Source: Nitrospirota bacterium
GTDB lineage: Bacteria; Nitrospirota; Thermodesulfovibrionia; Thermodesulfovibrionales; JdFR-86
Length of the DNA stretch: 64,000 bases
Direction of reading: 5' to 3'
Assembly: GCA_963721805.1 (NCBI GenBank)
Contig: CAVRJY010000001.1
Location: 800,001-864,000 of the forward strand
Shown: piece by piece, positions 31,163-39,925 of the stretch
How positions within the stretch are numbered: position 1 is the stretch's first letter
How the letters are laid out: every line of letters starts with the position of its first letter
The notes under the pieces: generated by a model
Told to the model about the DNA's origin: nothing
What the model saw: only the letters and a program-made list of their open reading frames with translations
The model's database searches: none
Made by a program: the position numbers and the translations under genes

Positions 31163-32086
31163 ATGATAATCACCGCTGAAGAGGGCGCCGGGCGCCTTGA
31201 TAAGTACCTCGTCGCTAAGAGCGGCCTTACCCGCTCGCGCATACAGTCAATGGTCGAGCACTCGCTTGTGCTCGTAAACGGAGAGCCCGCCGCGAGGGCG
31301 GGGCAGGCCGTCAGGGCCGGAGACCTGATTGAGCTGAGCGACGAGTCCCCCAACGAGGGCGTGCTCGTCGCCGAGGACCTGCCGCTTGAGGTCCTGTTCA
31401 TGGACGACGACCTCGCCGTCGTGAACAAGCCGGCCGGGATGGTCGTATATCCCGCGCCGGGGCATGCCTCGGGCACGCTGCTAAACGCGCTTGCATACCG
31501 CGCCCCGCACCTCGCCACCGTGGGCGCGCCGCTTCGGCCCGGCGTGGTGCACCGCCTCGACAGGGACACCTCGGGCGTCATGGTCGTGGCTCTAAGCGAC
31601 GAGGCGTACTATTCGCTGGTCGAGCAGTTCAGGCTCAAGGAGACCGGCAGGCGGTATATGGCTCTCCTATACGGCAAGCTGCCGACCTCGCGCGGCGAGA
31701 CCGACAAGCCGATAGGCCGCGCCTCCTCTGACAGAAAACGCATGTCGACCCACACGCGCCGCGGCAAGGAGGCCAAGACCTCGTGGCGCGTGATCGAGCG
31801 CCTGGGGCCGGCCACCCTTATTGAAGCAATACTAGGCACCGGCCGCACGCACCAGATACGCGTGCACATGACCTTCAGCGGCCACCCTGTGCTCGGCGAC
31901 CAGACGTACGGCAAGAAGACCTCGGTAATGCTGAAAAACGGGCTGAAGCTCACCTTCCCGCGCCAGATGCTCCATGCCCGCTCGCTCGCGTTCAGGCACC
32001 CGCGCACCGGGGTCGAGATGGAGTTTTTGGCCCCGCCGCCCCGCGACATGGAAGACGCGATCAGCTCGCTGCGCGGCTCCTTGTGA
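31163..32086 (+). CDS. rluD: RluA-family 23S rRNA pseudouridine synthase (RluD-like)
   Basis: S4 domain, VNKPAG, HRLDRDTSG, TGRTHQIRVH. Confidence 0.85.
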   Translation: MIITAEEGAGRLDKYLVAKSGLTRSRIQSMVEHSLVLVNGEPAARAGQAVRAGDLIELSDESPNEGVLVAEDLPLEVLFMDDDLAVVNKPAGMVVYPAPGHASGTLLNALAYRAPHLATVGAPLRPGVVHRLDRDTSGVMVVALSDEAYYSLVEQFRLKETGRRYMALLYGKLPTSRGETDKPIGRASSDRKRMSTHTRRGKEAKTSWRVIERLGPATLIEAILGTGRTHQIRVHMTFSGHPVLGDQTYGKKTSVMLKNGLKLTFPRQMLHARSLAFRHPRTGVEMEFLAPPPRDMEDAISSLRGSL

Positions 32087-32226
32087 GACCGGGCATCAAC
32101 TCCCCTGCCTACAATATTGTCAATAGGCGGGCGGCCCGGCGTGAATTCAGCCGGCGGGGACGGTCAGCCTTGCGCCGCCCGCGCGGAACCGCCGATGAAA
32201 TAATCGCTTTTCCTTGATTGGCGTGC

Positions 32227-32256
32227 TTTACAAACATTCCGGCGAATTGCTAAAAT
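32227..32256 (+). promoter_or_regulatory. Putative sigma70 promoter for tRNA-Ser
   Basis: TTTACA-N18-TAAAAT with TG extended -10, 14 nt before the tRNA. Confidence 0.45.
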
Positions 32257-32270
32257 TATGAGCTTTATGT

Positions 32271-32360
32271 GGAGAGGTGGCCGAGCCGGTCGAAGGCAGC
32301 CGCCTGCTAAGCGGTTGTGGGGGTAACACCTCACCCTGGGTTCGAATCCCAGCCTCTCCG
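32271..32360 (+). tRNA. tRNA-Ser(GCT), long variable arm, CCA not encoded
   Basis: GGAGAGG/CCTCTCC acceptor stem, anticodon loop CTGCTAA, GGTTCGAATCC T-loop. Confidence 0.93.
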
Positions 32361-32408
32361 TATTAGAAACGCTTACAATTAACTTTATCTCAAGGAGGAT
32401 TCAAGACG

Positions 32409-32936
32409 ATGGTGAAGAAGCTGGCCGTTTTGGTTTTGGCTGTTGGTCTTATAGTGTCTTTCGGGGCTTGCAAGCAGAAATCGCCCGAGAAGGTCGTGGC
32501 GCCCGCCTCCGTTCCCGCTAATGCCCCGGCTAACCCGCACGGGGCCGCTGGCGGACCCGGCGTCATGGTTCCTCCAGGCGAGATGCAGGTCGTCGTGCCC
32601 GAGAACGTAAAGGGCAAGTATGCGTCCGTGAAGCTCGTCATCGAGGACAAGTCCACGAACAAGTCTTCAGAGGCCGTGGTCAAGCTCGGGTCGGAATACA
32701 AGGTCCCGAACTCGGACCTTACGGTCAAGGTCGGCGAGTTCCTCCCGGACTTCAAGATGGAGGGCTCACTTATCACCTCCTCAAGCGCGGAACAGAACAA
32801 CCCTGCGGTCAGCATCGTCGTGAGCGAGAAGGGCAAGGAGATATTCAAGGGCTGGCTCTATTCGAAGTTCCCGGCCATCCATCCCTTCCAGCACGAGAAG
32901 TACGGCCTGACCCTCAAAGAGGGCAACAAGAGCTAA
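32409..32936 (+). CDS. Lipoprotein, DUF2155-like C-terminal domain
   Basis: Lipobox FGAC; FLPDF, NPAV, GWLYSKFP..HPFQH. Confidence 0.7.
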   Translation: MVKKLAVLVLAVGLIVSFGACKQKSPEKVVAPASVPANAPANPHGAAGGPGVMVPPGEMQVVVPENVKGKYASVKLVIEDKSTNKSSEAVVKLGSEYKVPNSDLTVKVGEFLPDFKMEGSLITSSSAEQNNPAVSIVVSEKGKEIFKGWLYSKFPAIHPFQHEKYGLTLKEGNKS

Positions 32937-33030
32937 GGATTTTTTACGGCCGCAGACGCTGTGGCCCGACGTATGGCATGATCGGGCAGGGGGCCCGCAA
33001 GGGCTCCCCGCTTTGCTTCAGAGGGTGGTT

Positions 33031-33106
33031 GCGCCCATAGCTCAGTTGGATAGAGCATCGGACTACGAATCCGTGTGCGGGGGTTCGAATCCTCCTGGGC
33101 GTACCA
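33031..33106 (+). tRNA. tRNA-Arg(ACG)
   Basis: GCGCCCA/TGGGCGT acceptor stem, TAGCTCAGTTGGATAGAGC D-arm, CTACGAA loop, GGTTCGAATCC, ACCA end. Confidence 0.93.
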
Positions 33107-33201
33107 CCCATTTTTTTGCCTCCAGCCTCGCCCGCTCCCTCCCGTTTCCCCATTGCAGACAATTAGTTTCCACCTCCCGCGTTTGCTGATATAATCGGGC
33201 C

Positions 33202-36200
33202 ATGAGCAGGCGAAGCAAGATCATACTGCTTGCATGCGCGGCGGTTTACGTCCTGTTCGTGGCGTTCGGATTTCTCTTCGCCCCGTCCATCGTTAAGGAC
33301 ATCGCTGTGCGCAAGCTTTCGGAGGCCTTAAAACGGCCGGTCTCGATCGGGGAGGTCAGGATAAACCCGCTGGCGCTCTCGGCCACGATCAGGGGGCTGC
33401 GAATAGGCGAGCCCAAGGGCGGCACTGACTTCGTCTCGTTCAAGGAGCTATATCTGAACCTCGAGGCCTCGTCGATCCTCAGGCGGGCACTGGTGGTAAG
33501 GGAACTGCGGATCATATCCCCCTACGCGAGGGTCGAGCGCACCGCCGAGAATGCGTATAACTTCTCGGACCTGCTTACGGGGGAAAAGCCGAAGGAGCCC
33601 ACAAACTCCGAACCCCTCAAGTTCTCGGTCAACAACATCCGGATCACAGATGGCCGGGTGGAGATATTCGACGACCCGAAGCATGCGCACCACGTCCTGG
33701 GGGACATAAACATCTCGATCCCGTTCATCTCGAACTTCAAGTCCAATGTCGAGACCTTCGTGCAGCCCCATTTCTACGCGACCTTTAACGGCTCCCCCCT
33801 GGTGGTCGAGGGCAGGGCCAGGCCGTTCGTCGAGACGCGCGATACCGCGATGGACATAAGCTTCCATGGCATAGACCTTCCGGAATACGTCAAGTACTCT
33901 CCGGTCGCGCCGCCGGTGGTCCTGAGGTCCGGGAGGCTCGACATAGACTGCGTGCTCTCGTTCCTGCAGGGCAAGGGCGATAACCCGCGGCTCTCGCTCT
34001 CAGGGCTCATAGGCCTAAGCGGCCTCGCCGTTGATTCAAGGGACGGGAAACGGCTTGCGGCGATCCCGTCGCTTAAGGTTGCGATCACGAACTCCAGCGT
34101 GTATGAGCGCATATTCAGGCTCTCCGGAATCACGATTACAGGCGCCAGCGTGAACGTCGAACGAGATAAGGGCGGCCGGATAAACCTGTTAAGCCTGATG
34201 CCAGCCGGGGAGGAACCCCCCGGGCAGCCCAAGCCGGAGGCTCCGTCGGAGCCCATGATATTCTCGGTCGACTCGATCCTCATCATCAACTCGGGTGTCG
34301 ACTACAAAGACAGCTCGTTCAGCGCGCCGTATGAGACCGCGATCAAGCCGATTAACTTAGAGGTGCGCGACCTGAGCACCGAGCGCGGCCATAAGGGCAG
34401 CTATGCGTTCAGCGCGATGAAGGACGAAGACGAGACAATAAAGGCCGAGGGGGCGCTTATGCTCGACCCCATGCTTACCGAGGGCTCGTTCGATCTCGCT
34501 GGTATCGATCTGACGCGGCTCAAGCCGATATACAAGGGCTTCGTGGGCATAGTGATAGACCACGGCATATTCGGCGTCAAAGGAAGATATTCGTTTGTGA
34601 AGGGCCGCGCCGAGGGCCCGGCGAACGTATCGGAGGTCGCGGCATCGATCGACGGGCTGAGGCTGCGCGATCCGGCGCAGAGGAAGCCGTTCCTCTCGGT
34701 CGATGCGCTGTCAATCCTCAACTCGTCCGCCGACCCCGGCAGGCAGCAGCTTCATATCGGCCAGTTAAGTACGAGCGGAGGGCTGATCAATATCCTGCGC
34801 CAGAAGGATGGGGCGCTCGCGATCAATGCGCTTTTGAATGCCCCCGTTGCGCACCCCGCAAGGCCGGTCGCAGCGCCCCGGTCGCAGCCGAAGCCATGGC
34901 TGGTCGATATGGACTCGATGGAGGTTTCGGGGTACGCGGTGAACTTCAAAGACCTCACCCCGCCCGGTGAGACGTTCTCTGTCTCGATCAAGAACATCGC
35001 GGTAGGGCTTAAGGGGTTCTCGACCGATCACGCGAAGTCCGCCACGCTTTCGGCAAGGGCCCGGGTGGACAAGCGGGGCTCGGTCTATGCGGCCGGCAGC
35101 TTGGCCATGAGCCCCGTGAGGCTGAACCTCGCGCTGAGGGCGCGCGACATAGGCGTATGGCTGGCGCAGCCTTACGTGCAGGATGCCCTGAGCGCGAAGA
35201 TCGGCGACGGGTATCTCAGCGCATCGGGCCGCATGACGTATAACGCCTCAAACGGCGCTGCGACGTTCAGGGGCGACGCGGGCATAAGCAGCCTTATGCT
35301 GCTGGATGCCGAGCGCAGCGAAGAGGTCATAGGATGGAAGGCCCTCAGCCTGAAGGGCATACGCGCATCGCAGAACCCGAACTCTGTCGATATAGGCGAG
35401 ATCGTGCTTGCGGGGCTCAAGGCCAACGTCGAGGTGGCCGAGGACAAGTCCACGAACATCGCAAGGCTAATGAGGCAAAAGGCGGCGGCTACAGTGCCGC
35501 CGGTGCAGCCGTCAGCCGCAGCCCAGCCAATAGCCAATCAACCTTCACCTCCGGCGCAGCCCTCCGCGGTGCAGCCTGCGCCCCCGGCTCCGAAATGGGA
35601 CGTCAAGATCGGCGACGTGGTATTAAGCGATGGGGCTGTCGCGGTCTTCGACCGCTCGGTCTCGCCCTCATACAGGGGCAGCCTGAGCAGCATCGAGGGC
35701 AGGGTCTCGGGCATATCCTCGATCGCGAAGGAGCCAGCGCGCGTCGATCTCAAGGCGATGTGGGACGGCCGCGCGCCGCTTATCATCAACGGCACGCTGA
35801 AGCCGTTTAAGGACGACCTCCACGTGGAGCTCAACCTAAAGTTCACGAACATGGACCTGAGCACTCTGACCCCCTATTCCGGCACGTTCGCCGGCTACAC
35901 GATCTCAAACGGCAAGCTCTTTGTCGAGACCTCGACGAAACTCGAGGGCAAGGCCCTCACGTCCCAAAACAAGATAATGATCGACCAGTTCGATTTCGGT
36001 GACGCGGTCAAGAGCGCGAGGGCCATGCACCTGCCGTTTAAGCTCGCGGTGGCCCTGCTTCGTGACCGAAAGGGCCAGATCAACCTCGACCTGCCGGTCT
36101 CCGGCAGCACCGACGACCCGAACTTCAGCTACGGCGGGATCATCATAAAGGTGATAGTGAACCTCATCACGAAGGCCGCGACCTCGCCGTTTTCGCTGAT

Positions 36201-36786
36201 CGCTGGGGCGTTCGGGGGCGAGGACATCTCTAACGTGGAGTTCGAACCCGGCACGGCCCTGCTGGCCGATGCCGGGCAAAAAAGGCTCGCCGAGATGGCG
36301 GACGTGCTCTATGACAGGCCGGGCCTCAAGGTCGAGGTCAAGGGATATGCCGGGCGCGGCGCGGACGAGGCCGGGCTTAAGGACGCGATATTCATGCGCA
36401 AGCTCAAGGCCGCGAAGCTCAAAAAGCTTATCTCGGCGGGCAGCCACGAGACTTCGCACGGCACGGTCACTATCGCGCCCGAGGAGATGCACGAGTACCT
36501 CGAGCTGGCCTATAAGGACGAGAAGTTCAAGAAGCCCCGCTACTTCTTCGGCCTCGCCAAGGGCCTGCCGGACCCCGAGATGGAGAAGCTCATGAAGGAG
36601 AACATCGAGGTGTCTGATGACGACCTTAGGGAACTCGCGACCGCACGCGCGCGTGCCGTGATCGCCTTCCTGAATTCGACCGGCAAGGTCGAGCCCGCGA
36701 GGGTGTTTCTCGTCGAGGGCGAGCTGTTGACGCCGCAGCAGGCAGGGAAGCTCACGCCGAGCCGAGTGGAGTTTACGCTGAAATAA
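33202..36786 (+). CDS. DUF748 (AsmA-like) repeat protein with C-terminal OmpA-like region
   Basis: N-terminal TM, NP..L, repeated D...N motifs, LAVALLRD..G.I.LDLPVSG..DDP.F. Confidence 0.82.
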   Translation: MSRRSKIILLACAAVYVLFVAFGFLFAPSIVKDIAVRKLSEALKRPVSIGEVRINPLALSATIRGLRIGEPKGGTDFVSFKELYLNLEASSILRRALVVRELRIISPYARVERTAENAYNFSDLLTGEKPKEPTNSEPLKFSVNNIRITDGRVEIFDDPKHAHHVLGDINISIPFISNFKSNVETFVQPHFYATFNGSPLVVEGRARPFVETRDTAMDISFHGIDLPEYVKYSPVAPPVVLRSGRLDIDCVLSFLQGKGDNPRLSLSGLIGLSGLAVDSRDGKRLAAIPSLKVAITNSSVYERIFRLSGITITGASVNVERDKGGRINLLSLMPAGEEPPGQPKPEAPSEPMIFSVDSILIINSGVDYKDSSFSAPYETAIKPINLEVRDLSTERGHKGSYAFSAMKDEDETIKAEGALMLDPMLTEGSFDLAGIDLTRLKPIYKGFVGIVIDHGIFGVKGRYSFVKGRAEGPANVSEVAASIDGLRLRDPAQRKPFLSVDALSILNSSADPGRQQLHIGQLSTSGGLINILRQKDGALAINALLNAPVAHPARPVAAPRSQPKPWLVDMDSMEVSGYAVNFKDLTPPGETFSVSIKNIAVGLKGFSTDHAKSATLSARARVDKRGSVYAAGSLAMSPVRLNLALRARDIGVWLAQPYVQDALSAKIGDGYLSASGRMTYNASNGAATFRGDAGISSLMLLDAERSEEVIGWKALSLKGIRASQNPNSVDIGEIVLAGLKANVEVAEDKSTNIARLMRQKAAATVPPVQPSAAAQPIANQPSPPAQPSAVQPAPPAPKWDVKIGDVVLSDGAVAVFDRSVSPSYRGSLSSIEGRVSGISSIAKEPARVDLKAMWDGRAPLIINGTLKPFKDDLHVELNLKFTNMDLSTLTPYSGTFAGYTISNGKLFVETSTKLEGKALTSQNKIMIDQFDFGDAVKSARAMHLPFKLAVALLRDRKGQINLDLPVSGSTDDPNFSYGGIIIKVIVNLITKAATSPFSLIAGAFGGEDISNVEFEPGTALLADAGQKRLAEMADVLYDRPGLKVEVKGYAGRGADEAGLKDAIFMRKLKAAKLKKLISAGSHETSHGTVTIAPEEMHEYLELAYKDEKFKKPRYFFGLAKGLPDPEMEKLMKENIEVSDDDLRELATARARAVIAFLNSTGKVEPARVFLVEGELLTPQQAGKLTPSRVEFTLK

Positions 36787-36816
36787 AAAAGGGGCCGCCT
36801 TTCGGCAGCCCCCTTC
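36785..36816. terminator. Hairpin between convergent DUF748 gene and dapA (likely terminator)
   Basis: A-run then AAGGGGCCGCC-TTTC-GGCAGCCCCCTT. Confidence 0.55.
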
Positions 36817-36820
36817 ATGA

Positions 36821-36882
36821 TTAATTGGATAGTGAGCGGTGCGTTGTCACCGCGAATGGGGAGAGGGGCCAGTCGGCCCCTT
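36821..36882 (-). repeat. Modular structured repeat, copy 3 (C-tail plus D end only)
   Basis: GCGAATGGGGAGAGGGGCCAGTCGGCCCCTT differs by one base from the reverse complement of 15186-15216; preceded by TTAATT..GTGAGCG as in copy 2. Confidence 0.75.
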
Positions 36883-37759
36883 ATATGAGCTTGTACTTCT
36901 TCATCACCGTGACGAGCCTCTTTCTGGGCTCCTCCGACATCCTGCAAAGCGGGAGCCTGAACTCCTCCTGCACCAAGCCCATCAGCGCAAGAGCGGTCTT
37001 CACCGGTATCGGGTTCGTCTCGAAGAACATCGCGGAGTTAAGCTCGTCGAGCTGGTAGTGTATCTTGCGCGCCGCATCGAGGTTGCCGCCGTCCCAGGCG
37101 TTCCACATCTGGCTGCACTCGGCCGGCGTTATGTTTGCGGTCACTGAGATAGACCCCTTGCCGCCCAGCACGAACAGTGGCAGGTTCGTGAAGTCGTCTC
37201 CGGAGTACACGGCGAACCTGCTGCCGCAGCGGCGGATGAGCTCCGTCACTTGCTGCATGTTGCCGGTGGCCTCCTTGATGCCGACGACGTTCTTGCAGCC
37301 GTCCGCTATGCGCTCGACCACGGCCGGGGGCACGTTCTGCGCGGTTCGCCCCGGTACGTTATAGAGGATCAGCGGGAAACCCTTGACGGAGTCCGCGATC
37401 TTCTTGTAGTGCTGAAACAGGCCGTCCGCGGTCGGCTTGTTGTAGTAAGGCGAGACCACGAGCGCGCCGTCGGCGCCGACCTCCCTGGCCTTCTTCGTGA
37501 GGAAAACTGCCTCATCCGTGGCGTTGGCGCCGGTGCCCGCGATGACCGGTATGCGGCCCTTCACGGTCTGCACCGTGAGTTCCATGACCCTGATATGCTC
37601 GTCAAAGCCGAGCGTGGCCGACTCTCCGGTCGTGCCGCACGGGACGATGGCATGGGTGCCGCTTTTTATGTGCCACTCTATGAGGGACTTCAGGGCTTTC
37701 TCGTCGACCTTACCCTTCTTAAACGGCGTAACTATCGCGACCATCGAGCCCTCGAACAT
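36881..37759 (-). CDS. dapA: 4-hydroxy-tetrahydrodipicolinate synthase
   Basis: AIVTPF, GTTGESATL, PYYNKP, YNVPGRT, IKEATG, ETNPIPVK. Confidence 0.96.
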   Translation of the reverse strand: MFEGSMVAIVTPFKKGKVDEKALKSLIEWHIKSGTHAIVPCGTTGESATLGFDEHIRVMELTVQTVKGRIPVIAGTGANATDEAVFLTKKAREVGADGALVVSPYYNKPTADGLFQHYKKIADSVKGFPLILYNVPGRTAQNVPPAVVERIADGCKNVVGIKEATGNMQQVTELIRRCGSRFAVYSGDDFTNLPLFVLGGKGSISVTANITPAECSQMWNAWDGGNLDAARKIHYQLDELNSAMFFETNPIPVKTALALMGLVQEEFRLPLCRMSEEPRKRLVTVMKKYKLI

Positions 37760-37760
37760 C

Positions 37761-38591
37761 TCAGTACCCTCCTCCTTGGATTTTGATTTCGCCTTCAAAG
37801 ACCTCTTCGGCCGGCCCGGTCATATAGACGCGGTTGTCGGCCTCGGACCACTCTATCAGCAGGTCGCCGCCTTTTAGGTGCACGGTGACTTTTCTCTCTA
37901 TCAGGCCCTTTATAACAGCCGCGACCATCGAGGCGCTGGCCCCGGTGCCGCATGCCATCGTCTCGCCCGCGCCGCGCTCCCAGACGCGCATCCTGAACTC
38001 GGTACGGTTCATTATCTGTATGAACTCGACGTTCGTGCGCTTGGGGAATAGCGGGTTGTTCTCGATCGCCGGGCCGTAGCGTATGATCGGGAAGTCCAGG
38101 ACGTTATCGACGAATATCACGGCGTGCGGGTTGCCCATCGAGACACAGGTGATCAGGAACTTGCGGTCCTTGACCTCGAGCGGGTAGTCTGTGACGCGGC
38201 CTTCGAGCTTCGTCGGGATAAGGCTGCCCTCGAGCACCGGCTCGCCCATGTCCACGCGGACCATCGAACCCTCGCGGCGCGGCCTGATGATCCCGGCCAG
38301 CGTCTCGATCTCGAGCGTCTCGCTGGCGCTCAGCATGCGGTCCCAGATGTACTTCGCCAGGCAGCGGATCCCGTTGCCGCACATCTCGACCTCCGAGCCG
38401 TCGGCGTTGTATATGAGCATCTTGAAGTCCGCAATCTCAGAACGTTCTAACGCGAGCATCTGGTCCGCGCCGACGCCGAAGCGCCTGCGGCAGAGCTTCC
38501 TGGCGATCTCGCCGGGCTCGGTGAGCTTGTGCTCCCTGGCGTCGATCACGATAAAATCGTTGCCCAGGGCGTGCATCTTTGTAAACCGCAT
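37761..38591 (-). CDS. dapF: Diaminopimelate epimerase
   Basis: KMHALGNDF, NADGSEVEMCGNG, SMGNPH, ERGAGETMACGTG. Confidence 0.96.
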   Translation of the reverse strand: MRFTKMHALGNDFIVIDAREHKLTEPGEIARKLCRRRFGVGADQMLALERSEIADFKMLIYNADGSEVEMCGNGIRCLAKYIWDRMLSASETLEIETLAGIIRPRREGSMVRVDMGEPVLEGSLIPTKLEGRVTDYPLEVKDRKFLITCVSMGNPHAVIFVDNVLDFPIIRYGPAIENNPLFPKRTNVEFIQIMNRTEFRMRVWERGAGETMACGTGASASMVAAVIKGLIERKVTVHLKGGDLLIEWSEADNRVYMTGPAEEVFEGEIKIQGGGY

Positions 38592-38593
38592 GG

Positions 38594-39853
38594 CTAGCCG
38601 AGCTCCTTGGGGATGAGCTCCCCGCGTATCAGGTCGGGGTACTTCTCGCGCCTGCGGATCAGGAAGTGCTGGTCTCCCATCACCATGACCTCGGCCGCGC
38701 GCGGCCGGCTGTTATAGTTTGAGCTCATCGAAAACCCGTAGGCCCCGGCGCTCATGACCGCGAGGTATTCGCCCTGCGTGGTGCGCGGGATCAGGCGGTC
38801 CTTGGCGAGGAAGTCCCCGCTCTCGCAGATCGGCCCCACGATGTCGGAGAGTTCCGGCCTGCGCCCTGCGCGGCGGCGCACCGGGAGTATCTCGTGGTAT
38901 GCGTCATACAGAGTCGGGCGGATGAGGTCGTTCATCCCCCCGTCGACGATAACGAAAGTCTTCTTGGGCCCTTCCTTGAGGTACAGGGCCTTGGTGACCA
39001 GTATACCGGCGTTGCCCACAATAGAGCGGCCGGGCTCGGCCACGAGCGTAAGGCCGCGCCCCTTTATAAGCGGCAGCACCCGCCTGGCGAGATCGGCAGG
39101 CATGGGGGTTTTCTCGTTATGGTACGGGATGCCGAGCCCGCCGCCGATGTCGATGTGCGTGATCTCGATGCCGCGCGTGCGCAGCTCGTCGACGAGCGCG
39201 AGCACGCGCTTGATCGCGTCGGCGAAGGGCGTGGTCTTGGTGATCTGAGAGCCTATGTGCTTGTGTATGCCCACGATGCGGACGTGCTTCATCTTCGAGG
39301 CAGCAACGTAGTATTCGAGCGCCTGCTCCATCGGTATGCCGAACTTGTGCTTCCTGAGCCCGGTAGATATGTAAGGGTGGGTCCTGGGGTCGACGTCCGG
39401 GTTGACGCGCAGCGATATCGGCGCGGTCGCCTTCATCGTGCCGGCCACGCGGTTGATCTCCGCGAGCTCGTCGCCGGACTCGATGTTGAACATCAGGATG
39501 CCGGAGCGGATCGCGTACCTGATCTCGTCCTCGGTCTTGCCGACGCCGGCGTAGACTATCTTCGAGGCCGGGACTCCGGCCTTGAGCGCCCGGAAGAGCT
39601 CTCCGCCGGATACGACGTCCGCCCCCGCGCCGCGTGCGGCGAGCGTGCGTATCACCGCGATGTTCGGGCAGGCCTTCACGGCGAAGCATATGTTGTTGGG
39701 CACGCCGTCGAACGCCGTTAAGTAGGCGTCGATATGGCGCGTGAGCGTGGCATGGCTGTAGACATAGAGCGGGGTGCCGTACGTCCCGGCCAGTTCGCTT
39801 ACGGGTATGCCCTCGGCGTAGAGCTGGTTTCGCTTGTAGTTGAAGTGGTGCAT
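38594..39853 (-). CDS. lysA: Diaminopimelate decarboxylase
   Basis: FAVKA, DVVSGGE, HIGSQ, DIGGG, EPGR, GPICESGD, MSSNYN. Confidence 0.95.
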   Translation of the reverse strand: MHHFNYKRNQLYAEGIPVSELAGTYGTPLYVYSHATLTRHIDAYLTAFDGVPNNICFAVKACPNIAVIRTLAARGAGADVVSGGELFRALKAGVPASKIVYAGVGKTEDEIRYAIRSGILMFNIESGDELAEINRVAGTMKATAPISLRVNPDVDPRTHPYISTGLRKHKFGIPMEQALEYYVAASKMKHVRIVGIHKHIGSQITKTTPFADAIKRVLALVDELRTRGIEITHIDIGGGLGIPYHNEKTPMPADLARRVLPLIKGRGLTLVAEPGRSIVGNAGILVTKALYLKEGPKKTFVIVDGGMNDLIRPTLYDAYHEILPVRRRAGRRPELSDIVGPICESGDFLAKDRLIPRTTQGEYLAVMSAGAYGFSMSSNYNSRPRAAEVMVMGDQHFLIRRREKYPDLIRGELIPKELG

Positions 39854-39925
39854 AAGTTAGTAATTTACCATTGAGGTGTTTGCGTTGTCAAAAACGCAAA
39901 AAATTCCGGTGCTTGAGGTTGCGTC

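Noticed and set aside
32271..33106. tRNA-anchored genomic island or prophage
   Set aside because: No integrase, no duplicated tRNA 3' end, and flanking genes have host-like composition.
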